A stretch of DNA of 64,000 nt from Acidobacteriota bacterium (GTDB lineage: Bacteria > Acidobacteriota > Blastocatellia > UBA7656), in NCBI GenBank assembly GCA_040754075.1, contig JBFMDH010000017.1:50585-114584 (forward strand), read 5' to 3'. The notes beneath the pieces are model-generated. The model was not told the DNA's origin, did not search any database, and saw only the letters and a list, made by a program, of their open reading frames with translations. The position numbers and the translations under genes are program-made. Positions 47,203 to 57,257 of this stretch are shown here, piece by piece; the first letter of the stretch is position 1, and each line of letters begins with the position of its first letter.

Positions 47203-50199
47203 ATGAATCTCGAACGATTTAAACAAGTCGAAGCAATCTTTAATGCCGTGATTGCGCTCCCTCCAGCAGAACGCGAGAGCTTTCTTCGGGAAAGTTGCGG
47301 CGGTGATGAAGGGTTGCGCCGCGAAGTTGAATCGCTTTTATCGTTTGACGAGAGCTTCGCAAGCGTGATTGATACGCCGCCGGAATCCCTGGCTGCGGAA
47401 CTGCTTGCCACGCCGCAAAGCGCGCAAATCATCGGCAACACCATCGGGCGTTATCACATCCTCTCGCTTCTCGGCAAAGGTGGAATGGGCGAAGTCTACC
47501 TCGCGGAAGACGGTGAACTGCAACGCAAAGCCGCGCTCAAATTTTTACCCACAGAATTTCTCAACAGCGAAGAACGCTTGCGCCGTTTTGTTCGTGAAGC
47601 GCGCGCCGCGTCGGCACTCAATCACCCGAACATTTTGACGATTTACGAAATCGGCAACGACAAAGGCTTGCGCTTTATCGCCTCGGAACTCGTAAACGGC
47701 ATCACCTTGCGCGAAAAATTGCGAAGCGCAACGATGGTATTTACTGAAGCTTTGGAAATTGCTGCACAAATCGCTTCGGCGCTCGACGCGGCGCATGCAG
47801 GCGGCATCGTTCATCGCGACATCAAACCTGAAAACCTCATGCTCCGCCGCGACGGACTGGTTAAAGTGCTCGACTTCGGTTTAGCGAAACTGACAGAAGC
47901 AAGCCAGGATATAAGCCCGACACACTTAGACCAACACGAGCCGCTCAACTCGAAAATCAATCCGAGCGCGATGATGGGAACACCCAACTATATGTCGCCC
48001 GAACAGGCGCAGGGCTTGGCAGTTGATGCGCGCACTGACATTTTTAGTCTCGGCATCGTGCTTTACGAAATGCTCGCGGGCAAAACACCGTTTGCGGGCG
48101 AAACGGCAAGCGAAGTGATTGCGGCAATTTTGCAAAACCAACCGACACCGCTCGCTTCATTGCTTCCCGAGGTGCCGCGTGAATTGGAACGCATTGTTGA
48201 AAAGATGCTTTGCAAAAATCGCCAAGACCGCTATCAAACGATTAACGAATTACTCATTGATTTGCGCGACCTCAAAAGCGAACTCGATTTCCAGATTAAA
48301 CTCGAACGTTCATCACCGGCTCAGCGAATGGAAGACCCCTTACTCAAAGGGACAAATGCTCACAGCCCTATGCGCGCAAAAGAAAACTTTAATCAGGAAG
48401 CGGCGGTCACCACCATTCGCCGGGCATCGAGAGCGGCATATTTTCTTGAACAGACAAAGCGGCATAAAACGCTTATGGTCATTTGCCTGCTGGTGAGCGC
48501 GATGCTCATCGGTTTTGGAAGTTCGTTCATCAAGCGTTCTTTCAGCAACGGTGAACCGACCCCTGTGCGCGCCTATTCAATGCCGGTGAAACAGACGCAG
48601 GTTACCACGGTGGGCGCGGTTATCGAGGCAAAAATTTCGCCCGACGGTCAATCGGTTGCTTATATTTCTCAAGAAGGCGCGCAATACGCGATTTACTTGT
48701 GGCAAGTAGCCGAAAACCGCACACTGACCATTCTCGCACCGTCAAAGGATGAACTCACCCGTTTGGATTTTGCTCCCGACAGCCAGCACATTTTCTACCG
48801 GCAGATGGATGCAATCGAACGCGGTTTTTTTCACCTTTACAGAGTGCCAACCGCTGGCGGAGCTTCCGAAAAAATCATTGCTCTCGCTGATTCGTTTATC
48901 TCGTTCAGCCCTGATTGGCGGGAAATCGCCTTCAGGAAAGAAGATTTCGACAATCAGAAATCGCAAATCCTCATCGCCAATGCCGATGGCACAGGCGAGC
49001 GGGTGATTGTCGAGCGGAATCGCGCAGAAGGGTTCACTTATGACCCGGCATGGTCGCCCGACGGGAAGACGATTGTCTGTTGGGTGAACGATGCAATCCC
49101 CGATATACAGGAGTTCTCGCTCGTCTCCATCAATGTCGCCGACGGTGCGATGTCTCCTCTCGGTTCAACGAAGTGGCGATGGCCAAATCCCCTCAGATGG
49201 ATGCCGGATGGCAAAGAGTTGCTGGTCAATGCCATAGCCCATGCCGGTGAATGGTTTCAGATATTTCGGGTCGCTTTTCCGAGTGGCGACATCGAGAGAG
49301 TGACCAACGATTTCTATAAGTATGAAGGCGTCAGCCTCACGGCTGATGGGGCTTCGCTGCTTACCGTGCAAGGCAGACAGGAGACCAATATCTATGTTGC
49401 CCCGGCACAGGAGCCGATGAATTTACAGCGACTCACTGAAATGAGTGGGCTATTGTATTACGGCATTGCCTGGACGCCCGACGGCAAAATCGTCTACGGC
49501 TCAAATGCCGGAGGCAGGCGTAATATTTGGATGATGGAAGCCGACGGCAGCCATTTGCAGCAGATCACCAAGGACAGTTTCGCGAACTATGACCCCATCG
49601 TCACGCCCGACGGACGCTACATTGTTTATCAATGCGAGCGCACCGGGAGGTTCAATATCTGGCGAGTCAACATTGACGGCAGTAACCCGATTCAACTCAC
49701 CAACGGCGACATCGAACTGCGTCCCTGCGTCACACCTGACAGCCGGTGGGTGGTTTTTGAAGGTAAAAAAAATGAAGTTGCCTATCTCGGAAAAGTGTCG
49801 ATTGACGGCGGCGAGGTACAGGAGGTTATTCCCCAAACCTGTAATTATGCGAAAGTCTCGCCGGACGGAAAAACCGTCGCTTGCGAGTATTGGCTTGAGA
49901 GTTGGAAACCCAGCCTCTCCATCTTTCCGATAGACGGCGGCAAACCGATCAAAAGCTTTGTGCCAAGGCCCAGTGACTGGCAGTGGTCAACCGATTCGCG
50001 CTCATTAATTTTGGTCGATCACACTCAAGGGTTTTCAAACCTGTTTCGCGCCTCGCTGATAAACAACTCGCGAACACAACTCACCAATTTCAAGAACGAC
50101 CGTATCTTCGCCTATGCGCTTTCGCGCGACGGCAAAAAACTCGCCATGCTTCGCGGGTCGGTATCGAGCGAAGTGATAATCATCAGCAACTTTCACTGA
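47203..50199 (+). CDS. Ser/Thr protein kinase fused to one TM segment and periplasmic TolB-like (PD40/WD40-like) beta-propellers
   Basis: 998 aa. A conserved N-terminal helix region precedes the kinase (FKQVEAIFNAVIALPPAERESFL). Kinase motifs are GKGGMGEVY, HRDIKPEN, DFGLAK and SPEQ. TM segment LMVICLLVSAMLIGFGSSFI, then repeated SPDG/TPDG PD40 motifs. Confidence 0.9.
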   Translation: MNLERFKQVEAIFNAVIALPPAERESFLRESCGGDEGLRREVESLLSFDESFASVIDTPPESLAAELLATPQSAQIIGNTIGRYHILSLLGKGGMGEVYLAEDGELQRKAALKFLPTEFLNSEERLRRFVREARAASALNHPNILTIYEIGNDKGLRFIASELVNGITLREKLRSATMVFTEALEIAAQIASALDAAHAGGIVHRDIKPENLMLRRDGLVKVLDFGLAKLTEASQDISPTHLDQHEPLNSKINPSAMMGTPNYMSPEQAQGLAVDARTDIFSLGIVLYEMLAGKTPFAGETASEVIAAILQNQPTPLASLLPEVPRELERIVEKMLCKNRQDRYQTINELLIDLRDLKSELDFQIKLERSSPAQRMEDPLLKGTNAHSPMRAKENFNQEAAVTTIRRASRAAYFLEQTKRHKTLMVICLLVSAMLIGFGSSFIKRSFSNGEPTPVRAYSMPVKQTQVTTVGAVIEAKISPDGQSVAYISQEGAQYAIYLWQVAENRTLTILAPSKDELTRLDFAPDSQHIFYRQMDAIERGFFHLYRVPTAGGASEKIIALADSFISFSPDWREIAFRKEDFDNQKSQILIANADGTGERVIVERNRAEGFTYDPAWSPDGKTIVCWVNDAIPDIQEFSLVSINVADGAMSPLGSTKWRWPNPLRWMPDGKELLVNAIAHAGEWFQIFRVAFPSGDIERVTNDFYKYEGVSLTADGASLLTVQGRQETNIYVAPAQEPMNLQRLTEMSGLLYYGIAWTPDGKIVYGSNAGGRRNIWMMEADGSHLQQITKDSFANYDPIVTPDGRYIVYQCERTGRFNIWRVNIDGSNPIQLTNGDIELRPCVTPDSRWVVFEGKKNEVAYLGKVSIDGGEVQEVIPQTCNYAKVSPDGKTVACEYWLESWKPSLSIFPIDGGKPIKSFVPRPSDWQWSTDSRSLILVDHTQGFSNLFRASLINNSRTQLTNFKNDRIFAYALSRDGKKLAMLRGSVSSEVIIISNFH

Positions 50200-50235
50200 G
50201 CGACCGAGCGCAGATCGTGATATAAATTGAACTTT

Positions 50236-51726
50236 ATGAAAATCAATCGTCGTAATTTTTTACTCGCCTCTGCCTCGACCGCCGGTTTACTGGCATCTGA
50301 AAGTCCTTCTGTTAAAGCACAAAAATCATCCCCGGTTAAACGGACGCAACCTTTCTCCATCGCCGGAAAAAAGGTCACTGTCTATTCAACTGCTGAAAAG
50401 ACCGCTGAGCGAATCAAAGCCATCGACACCCTGACTTTCACGTCGCTTGCGCAACCGCTGGAAACTCAGGTTTGTGTCTTTATTGACCCGGCGAAAACCT
50501 TTCAAACTTTTTTAGGAATCGGCGCGGCGATGACCGATGCTTCGGCGGAAACCTTTGCCAAAATGCCCGCAACTAAACAACAGGAAATTGTCAACGCTTA
50601 CTTCGATACCAAAGATGGCATCGGCTATACGCTGGCGCGAACCACCATTCATAGCTGCGATTTTTCGAGCGCCAGTTACACCTACGTCAGCGAAGGCGAT
50701 AAAGCCTTGCAATCTTTTAGCGTCAATCACGACCAACAATTTCGCATTCCGTTTATTAAAAAAGCGATTGCCGCTGCGGGCGGGAAACTGACGACTTACG
50801 CTTCGCCCTGGAGTCCACCGGCATTTATGAAATCGAACAATTCCATGCTGCAAGGCGGAAAATTAAAACCGGAATTTTATCAAGCGTGGGCGAATTATTA
50901 CGTGAAGTTCATCAAGGCTTATGAAAAAGCGGGCATTCCCATCTGGGGACTCACCATTCAAAACGAGCCGATGGCGACACAACGCTGGGAATCCTGTATC
51001 TACACGGCGGAAGAGGAACGCGACTTCTTAAAAAATCACCTCGCGCCAACTTTAATCAAAGCCGGTCTCGGCGCAAAAAAAATCATCGTCTGGGATCATA
51101 ACCGCGATTTGATTTATCAAAGAGCTAGTACGCTGCTTGCAGACGCTGAGGCTGCAAAATATGTCTGGGGCATAGGCTTTCACTGGTACGAACCTTGGAG
51201 CGGCGGCGATGCAATGTTCGACAATGTGAAACTGGTGAATGAAAGTTTTCCCGATAAACATCTGATTTTTACCGAAGGCTGTAAAGAAGCATTCGATTTG
51301 CAGAAAGTGGACGATTGGAAATTGGGCGAACTGTACGGACGTTCAATGATTAATGATTTCAATAACGGCACAGTCGCCTGGACGGATTGGAATATTTTGC
51401 TTGATGAAACCGGCGGACCCAATCACGTTAAAAATTTCTGCTTTGCGCCGGTTCATGGCAATACCAAAACCGGCGAAGTGATTTACACCAATTCATATTA
51501 TTACATCGGTCATTTTTCCAAATTCATCCGACCGGGCGCAAAACGCATCGCCTGTTCGCCGAGTCGCAGCGCCTTGCTTGCCACGGCGTTTCGCAACACA
51601 AACGGCAGCATCGCGGTTGTGGTGATGAATCGCAGCGACCAGAAAACGCCGTATTTTCTCTGGGTCGAAGGCAAAGCTGTAGAAGTCTCCAGTCCCGCGC
51701 ATTCGATTCAAACGCTGGTGTTTTAA
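50236..51726 (+). CDS. glycoside hydrolase family 30 (glucosylceramidase-like) with a Tat-type signal
   Basis: MKINRRNFLLASASTAGLLA signal. GH30 motifs LTIQNEP (acid/base Glu) and IFTEGC (nucleophile Glu). Confidence 0.8.
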   Translation: MKINRRNFLLASASTAGLLASESPSVKAQKSSPVKRTQPFSIAGKKVTVYSTAEKTAERIKAIDTLTFTSLAQPLETQVCVFIDPAKTFQTFLGIGAAMTDASAETFAKMPATKQQEIVNAYFDTKDGIGYTLARTTIHSCDFSSASYTYVSEGDKALQSFSVNHDQQFRIPFIKKAIAAAGGKLTTYASPWSPPAFMKSNNSMLQGGKLKPEFYQAWANYYVKFIKAYEKAGIPIWGLTIQNEPMATQRWESCIYTAEEERDFLKNHLAPTLIKAGLGAKKIIVWDHNRDLIYQRASTLLADAEAAKYVWGIGFHWYEPWSGGDAMFDNVKLVNESFPDKHLIFTEGCKEAFDLQKVDDWKLGELYGRSMINDFNNGTVAWTDWNILLDETGGPNHVKNFCFAPVHGNTKTGEVIYTNSYYYIGHFSKFIRPGAKRIACSPSRSALLATAFRNTNGSIAVVVMNRSDQKTPYFLWVEGKAVEVSSPAHSIQTLVF

Positions 51727-51771
51727 ATTTCTGCCGGTTTATGCGATTGCTGAAATGATTTTGCAGGGTTA

Positions 51772-52341
51772 TCAATCACGACCAACGCCCAAGGCATCAG
51801 CAACCCGGTTGATGTAATTAAACCATGAGGCAATCAAGGTGATTTGCAAAATTGCCGTGTCGTCGAACCCGACTTCACGCAATTGCCGGTGATGCTGTTT
51901 ACCGATTTTAGTGGCGTCTTTCGTGAGTTGCACCACATATTCAACCATCACCCGTTCGGCATCAGTAATCGGCGCTGTCCGGTAATCCTTGCGTAACGCT
52001 TCAACCAAATCTTCATCCAACGTCACGCGACGCAGAAACTCTGCGTGGGACTCGATTCAGTAAAAACAACGATTGGTCACCGAAACCATAGTGGCAATCA
52101 TTTCATGCTGGCGGCGCACAAGCGGCAGGTTTGGCGACATCAACGCGCCAAAAGTTGAAAAGGCATGAAAGAGGGCTTCGGGTATCAAGGTGTGCGAAGC
52201 GACGATGCCTGCGGTCTCGCCGTCAAGCGTCGGATGCACCGGTGTTTCATACTCAACCGGATAGAGATGGCGTTGCCCTGTCATTGCCTGACGCAACGTT
52301 TCATCGGCTTCGGAAAGCGGAATAGTCTTAATCCAGGTCAT
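51772..52341 (-). CDS. AhpD/carboxymuconolactone-decarboxylase-family peroxidase-related protein with an in-frame TGA at the CxxC position (probable selenoprotein; otherwise a nonsense pseudogene)
   Basis: ORFs 52057..52341 and 51772..52026 are in the same frame, separated only by TGA (52057-52059). The joined sequence reads [18 protein letters not shown], where this family has CxxC followed by xxxH. A hairpin lies 11 nt downstream. The start overlaps the stop of the upstream permease (TAATG). Confidence 0.65.
52030..52046 (-). promoter_or_regulatory. candidate bacterial SECIS hairpin
   Basis: On the mRNA, ACGCAGA-GUU-UCUGCGU forms a 6-7 bp perfect stem with a G/U-containing apical loop. It begins 11 nt after the in-frame UGA. 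Confidence 0.45.
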
Positions 52342-53705
52342 TAATTTTCCTCCTCTTTTAGACTCACCATCGTAGATACATTTTTGCGAAAGAACAGGAA
52401 ATAGACGGGCGCGCCAAGCGCCACCACCGCTACGCCTGCAAGCGCCTGCACCGGATTATTGGCAGCAAGTAAAACCAGCAGGATAGCGCCGAGCGCGAGA
52501 AAAACAATCGGCGTCAACGGGTAGAGCGGCGTTTGAAAGGTCTTTTCTTTTTGAGGCGTCTTTCGCAATTTAAACACCGCTGCGACGGTCAACAAAATAA
52601 ACCCGACGGTCACAAAAACAAAATAGGCGACGATTTGATTGAACGAGCCGAGTGCTACAAGTAGCGATGCAAGCGCCGCCTGCAAAATGATGGCGCGAAC
52701 CGGCGTATGAAATCGCGGATGCAGTTGCGCCGCCGTTGATAAAAACAGCCCGTCACGCGCCATCGCATAATAGACGCGCGGCGCAGTCATCATCACCGCA
52801 AGCAGACTGCCTGAAACCGAAACAATGACGATGATTGAAAAAATTTGTCCACCGGCACTGCCGAATAAAACCTCTCCCGCCTGCGCCGCAAAGGTTTCGC
52901 CGGAAGTCGCCCGCTCAATCGGCACCAGATAAATGAACACGGCACTCGTCAATAGGTAAACCAGCGTGACGATGCTGACACCATAAGCGAAAGCTCGCGG
53001 CAACACGCGGGCAGGTTCGCGCACTTCGCCCGCAAGTTTGCTGACATCCCACCAACCACCGAATGAAAAGAACGCCGCGACCAAGCCGCCTGCAAGCGCG
53101 CCAATGAGCGGCGTCGAGCCTTCGCGTTGCGCGATGAATGGATTGAAGTTTGACCAGTCGCCCAGACGTTTGCCGAAGCCCCATAAAATGATGAAAGTGA
53201 GTAAACCCAGTTTGAGAAAGGTAAGCCAGCGCATGAGCAAGCCGCTCACTTTTAATCCGAAAATATTGGCAATCGAAAAAGCCACGATGAGGGCAATCGC
53301 TACAAGTTTTGCAGAAAAAGGAGAGAGGTTACTGACATAACCGATATAACCTGCCATGCCGCTGGCGAGCGCAGCGCTCAGCCCCGGGTCCATCACCAGA
53401 AAACATTTCCAACCGTAAACAAACGCAAGTCCCGTCCCGTAAGCTTCGCGCAGGTAAACATAGCCGCCACCTGCCGCAGGAAAACGCGCCGCGAGTTCGC
53501 CGTAACAGAGCGCGCCGCTTAATGCCATGCCGCCCATCACTAACCAGACCACCAGAATCCACATCGGCGACCCCAAAGATTTCGCCATGTCCGCAGGCGT
53601 AAGAAAGATGCCAACTGCAATGACTTCGCCGACAACCAGAGCCATTGCCGATACGAGGCTGAGTTGTCTCTTCAATCCCGCTTGTGTTGATTTGGTTTCA
53701 ATCAC
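52341..53705 (-). CDS. APC-superfamily amino acid/polyamine permease
   Basis: 454 aa with 12 TM segments. N-terminus LKRQLSLVSAMALVVGEVIAVGIFLTPA is typical of the APC family. Confidence 0.8.
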   Translation of the reverse strand: MIETKSTQAGLKRQLSLVSAMALVVGEVIAVGIFLTPADMAKSLGSPMWILVVWLVMGGMALSGALCYGELAARFPAAGGGYVYLREAYGTGLAFVYGWKCFLVMDPGLSAALASGMAGYIGYVSNLSPFSAKLVAIALIVAFSIANIFGLKVSGLLMRWLTFLKLGLLTFIILWGFGKRLGDWSNFNPFIAQREGSTPLIGALAGGLVAAFFSFGGWWDVSKLAGEVREPARVLPRAFAYGVSIVTLVYLLTSAVFIYLVPIERATSGETFAAQAGEVLFGSAGGQIFSIIVIVSVSGSLLAVMMTAPRVYYAMARDGLFLSTAAQLHPRFHTPVRAIILQAALASLLVALGSFNQIVAYFVFVTVGFILLTVAAVFKLRKTPQKEKTFQTPLYPLTPIVFLALGAILLVLLAANNPVQALAGVAVVALGAPVYFLFFRKNVSTMVSLKEEEN

Positions 53706-53742
53706 GATGCTTTGAAAACCCAGTGCAGTAATCGTTATCTTA

Positions 53743-53806
53743 GGATTGTAGGGATGAAACGAATCCGGCGAATGAAATTAATCCGCCCAATCCGTCCAAT
53801 CCGAAG
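53743..53806. repeat. tandem-unit element of the CGGATnnA / AATCCGCC family
   Basis: ggattgtagggatgaaacgaatccggcgaatgaaattaatccgcccaatccgtccaatccgaag. The 3' half is about 24/29 identical to 59075-59103. Confidence 0.65.
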
Positions 53807-53871
53807 ATTAACTTTGCTATTTCAAAAAAGCATTTTCGTTTCAGGAAAACTTTTTGACTTTGAAATCAGCT

Positions 53872-56844
53872 TCAAAACGAAAATCGCGCTGCCAATTGAA
53901 AAGCCCGCGCGCCACCCGAACCGAATACGCCGCCCGCCGTGGTCACAGCGCGCCCGAAATTCGACGACCGCAAAAATCCGGGACTTGCGGGATTATCGCT
54001 GTCGCGCGTCAAGGTATTCGCAAATCCCGAATAATTGACATTCGATACGCCCAAAATATTCGTGACGTTGAACAGATTGAAAACTTCAATCATCGGTTCA
54101 AAGCGAACACGCTCACCCAAGCGAAAGGCTTTTGTCAGTCGCACGTCAAACGAATTGAAACTATCGTTGAATCGCGCATCGTCACTTACGAACGGCAACG
54201 GCTGTCCGTTGACGCCCCCGCCTGCATTCACTTGGGCGATGAAATCATTCAACTCTCTGCCCGTGTGAAACAGACGACCTCCGGCATTGCGTTGCAGAAG
54301 CGGAAGGCGCGAGCTGCCATCGGGCAACAGAATATCCATCGGCACGCCCGAAGCCACCGTCCAAATCGGTGAAAGCTGCAATCCTAAAGGCAATCCGAAC
54401 ACGCCCGAAAAGGTGAAGCGATGGCGCTGGTCATTGGGCGTCGGCGCATATTCCAATCCTAAATTCTGCGGATAGAGCGGGCCATTGGCGAAGGGAATCT
54501 GATCGTCATTGGCGTAATTGAAGGCTTTCGACAAAGTGTAAGAAGCGCGGAATTGATAATGATGCGAAAAGCCTTTTTCAAAACTGAGCAGCAAGCCGTC
54601 GTATTTTGTTTTAACGCTTGATTCGAGATTGACCACTCTATCGGGACCGCCAACCACGGGATTGAAAACCGTACCGATGGCGCGACCGATGATGAAGTGT
54701 GTGCCAAAGTTATGCAGGTAATCGGCGCGCACCGCGAAATCGCTGCCCAACTGGCGCTCAATGCCGATGTTGCTCTGTTGCACCATCGGGTTTTGCAAGC
54801 GGTTATCGATAATGTTAATGCCGCCTGCGCCTGCGCCCGGCAGAATAAATCCGGTAAACGGGTTTTGAATATTGGGCGCGATGGGCGGAAAACGCCCGGT
54901 GTTGGGGTCGATGAAAAAGACATTGCCGGCGCGAACTTCAATGGCGAGCGCGCGCCCGTCAAGCCCGCGTTCAAGCGATTGAATCTCAATGGTCACGCGG
55001 TCGTAATAGATGCCATAGCCGCCGTGAATGCTGGTGCGTCCATCCCTGGTTGACCAATTAAAACCAACACGCGGCGCAAAATTATTTTTGTCGCGTTCAC
55101 GCTTGCCGCTTAAAAACGGAAGTATGAGGGGATTGAGTTCATCCACGCGGCTGACGTTTTTCACATCGGTGTCGAGTTCATAACGCAAGCCGAGATTCAA
55201 GGTGAATTGCGGATGGATGTGCCAGTTGTCCTGCACGAATGCCGCGAAATAGTTGTTATCGCTTTCGGGAAGCACCAACGCGCGCTCGGGCGTTGCGCTG
55301 CGCAGCGTCACCGCAAAGAGCAAATCGTTATCATCCACACGCCCATCGCCGTTGTGGTCGAAATCGGGGAAATCCTGAACAAATTCGATGCGCCCCTGTT
55401 GAAAAACGCCGAGGTCGAAATCCGCATCAATGCGTTGAAATTCGCCGCCGATATGCAAGGTGTGCGCGCCTTTGACAATGGAAAAAGTATCGGCAAATTG
55501 CAAACGATTCATGCGGGTTTGTTGGGGCACACGAAACGATGAACCGTCCTGCAAACTCGGAAAAGTAAATTGCGGGCTGACGGCGACCGGCAGAGTCTTG
55601 TTGATGAAATTGGTATTGCTGAACCGGAAATTATTTAAAAGCGGCGGCGAAATAATTTTCTCCCAACTGGTCACGAACGATTGATAATGATTGCTGCTTG
55701 CCTGTCTTTGCGAGGCGCTGCCGATGGCGCGAATCAAGGTGCTCGCGGTGGTGTCTTCGGCGCGTTCGAGTGAATAACGAAAGCCCAATCGGTCACTGTT
55801 GGAAACTGCCCAGTCGCCGCGCGCGGTTGCCAGCAAATCATTGAGCGGCGCGTCTGCAAAATTGCGCCTGATGGTGCGGGTTGCGGTGTCGCGTTCGCCG
55901 ACCAGTACCGCGCCGTCCTGATTGCGATATTCATAAGCGCCGAACCAGAAAAGTTTATCTTTAATGATTGCGCCGCCCGCTGCCGCTGCGAATTGTTCGC
56001 GGTCAAACGGCGGGTCGGGGTTGCTGCGGTCAAAAGTCGCGGGCAAACCTTGCAGATTGCGGTCACGAAAGAAGAATGATGCCGAGCCATGAAAATCGTT
56101 CTCCCCGCCTTTGGTCACGATGTTGATGATGGATGAACCCGAACGACCGAGTTCCGCTGAAAAGCGATTGGTGGCGATTTGAAATTCCTGCACGGCTTCC
56201 TGCGAGATGTTGATGAGCGTGCCGCCGACCACATCATCATTGTTGTCCGCGCCATCAACCGTGACGTTGCCGCCGCGACCGAGTTGCCCTGCCGATGAAA
56301 TCGACACCGTGTTGGTTTTCGTCGGGTCGAAATTGGGCGCGGGCGAATTGCCGGGAATCAGCAATGCCAGTTCGAGAAAGTTACGACCATTGAGCGGCAG
56401 ATTTTCAATCACCCGTTTACCGATGACGCCATCAACGACAGATGTAGTTCTATCAATTTCAATGACTGGGGAAGCAATCAAGGTTAAAGGGTCAGCAACA
56501 ACTTCTCCGACCGCAAGTGTGGTATCCAGCGAAACACTTTGTCCGACTTGAACCATCACCGCCTCATACGTTTTTGTCCGAAAATTTGGCGATTGAATGG
56601 TTACTTCGTAATCGCCCGGCGGCACATTGCTGATGGTGAAAAGTCCTTCGTCATTGGTTTTCGTTTCGCGCTTCAAGCCTGTGGCTTTTTGGGTAGCGGT
56701 AATTTGCGCGTCAACGATGACCGCGCCTTGCGGGTCAAGGACGCGACCGCTGAGCGTAGCGGTTGCGGCTTGTTGTGCGAAGGTGGTGGCGGCAAGCAAA
56801 CAGATAAACAGCAAACGGACAATCGCCGCTTGTACTTTTTTCAT
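53872..56844 (-). CDS. TonB-dependent receptor with N-terminal carboxypeptidase-regulatory-like domain
   Basis: Trimmed to ATG 56844 with GGAGAA upstream. Signal peptide ...AATTFAQQ, CarboxypepD_reg-like segment (LSGRVLDPQGAVIVDAQITATQ...NDEGLFTISNVPPGDYEV), and C-terminus AARFSF. Confidence 0.85.
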   Translation of the reverse strand: MKKVQAAIVRLLFICLLAATTFAQQAATATLSGRVLDPQGAVIVDAQITATQKATGLKRETKTNDEGLFTISNVPPGDYEVTIQSPNFRTKTYEAVMVQVGQSVSLDTTLAVGEVVADPLTLIASPVIEIDRTTSVVDGVIGKRVIENLPLNGRNFLELALLIPGNSPAPNFDPTKTNTVSISSAGQLGRGGNVTVDGADNNDDVVGGTLINISQEAVQEFQIATNRFSAELGRSGSSIINIVTKGGENDFHGSASFFFRDRNLQGLPATFDRSNPDPPFDREQFAAAAGGAIIKDKLFWFGAYEYRNQDGAVLVGERDTATRTIRRNFADAPLNDLLATARGDWAVSNSDRLGFRYSLERAEDTTASTLIRAIGSASQRQASSNHYQSFVTSWEKIISPPLLNNFRFSNTNFINKTLPVAVSPQFTFPSLQDGSSFRVPQQTRMNRLQFADTFSIVKGAHTLHIGGEFQRIDADFDLGVFQQGRIEFVQDFPDFDHNGDGRVDDNDLLFAVTLRSATPERALVLPESDNNYFAAFVQDNWHIHPQFTLNLGLRYELDTDVKNVSRVDELNPLILPFLSGKRERDKNNFAPRVGFNWSTRDGRTSIHGGYGIYYDRVTIEIQSLERGLDGRALAIEVRAGNVFFIDPNTGRFPPIAPNIQNPFTGFILPGAGAGGINIIDNRLQNPMVQQSNIGIERQLGSDFAVRADYLHNFGTHFIIGRAIGTVFNPVVGGPDRVVNLESSVKTKYDGLLLSFEKGFSHHYQFRASYTLSKAFNYANDDQIPFANGPLYPQNLGLEYAPTPNDQRHRFTFSGVFGLPLGLQLSPIWTVASGVPMDILLPDGSSRLPLLQRNAGGRLFHTGRELNDFIAQVNAGGGVNGQPLPFVSDDARFNDSFNSFDVRLTKAFRLGERVRFEPMIEVFNLFNVTNILGVSNVNYSGFANTLTRDSDNPASPGFLRSSNFGRAVTTAGGVFGSGGARAFQLAARFSF

Positions 56845-57257
56845 GTGAACTTTCTCCTGTTTAGAAATTCCGGCGTCTGGGTCACAAATTCGGCTCTTTA
56901 CCAATAGACCTTATGCTTATTCAATTTCAGCAATTCGTCCTGAATGAAACAACTCAACTCAGGGGTTACAGCGTGAAGGATTTCTATAATAAAAATGCCC
57001 GCGCAAATCTCATTCGAGAGGTTTACAGCGGGCGAATATAAAATCGGTTTTATAAAACGATTTCGCTTGTAATTATGGAGATAAAAGTTTGAAGCTGGAA
57101 ATTCGCCCACTCAACTCGCGTGGCAGCATATCTGAATCGCTACAGTCTGTCATTAAACCAAAGTTCAAGCGCGCATTATATCGAATGTTATAGTTCGTCT
57201 TGCCTTGCGCATTTTGCTATGATGCAAGCCCGAAAAAACTGCCACGAAGGAGCAACT

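Noticed and set aside
51772-52341. Treating 52057..52341 and 51772..52026 as two separate small genes
   Set aside because: Both pieces are in the same frame, and the break falls in the middle of the conserved AhpD-family CxxCxxxH motif. The downstream piece would need a GTG start with no RBS. A single gene with TGA (Sec or nonsense) explains the data better. The pseudogene alternative cannot be excluded without knowing whether the sel genes are present.
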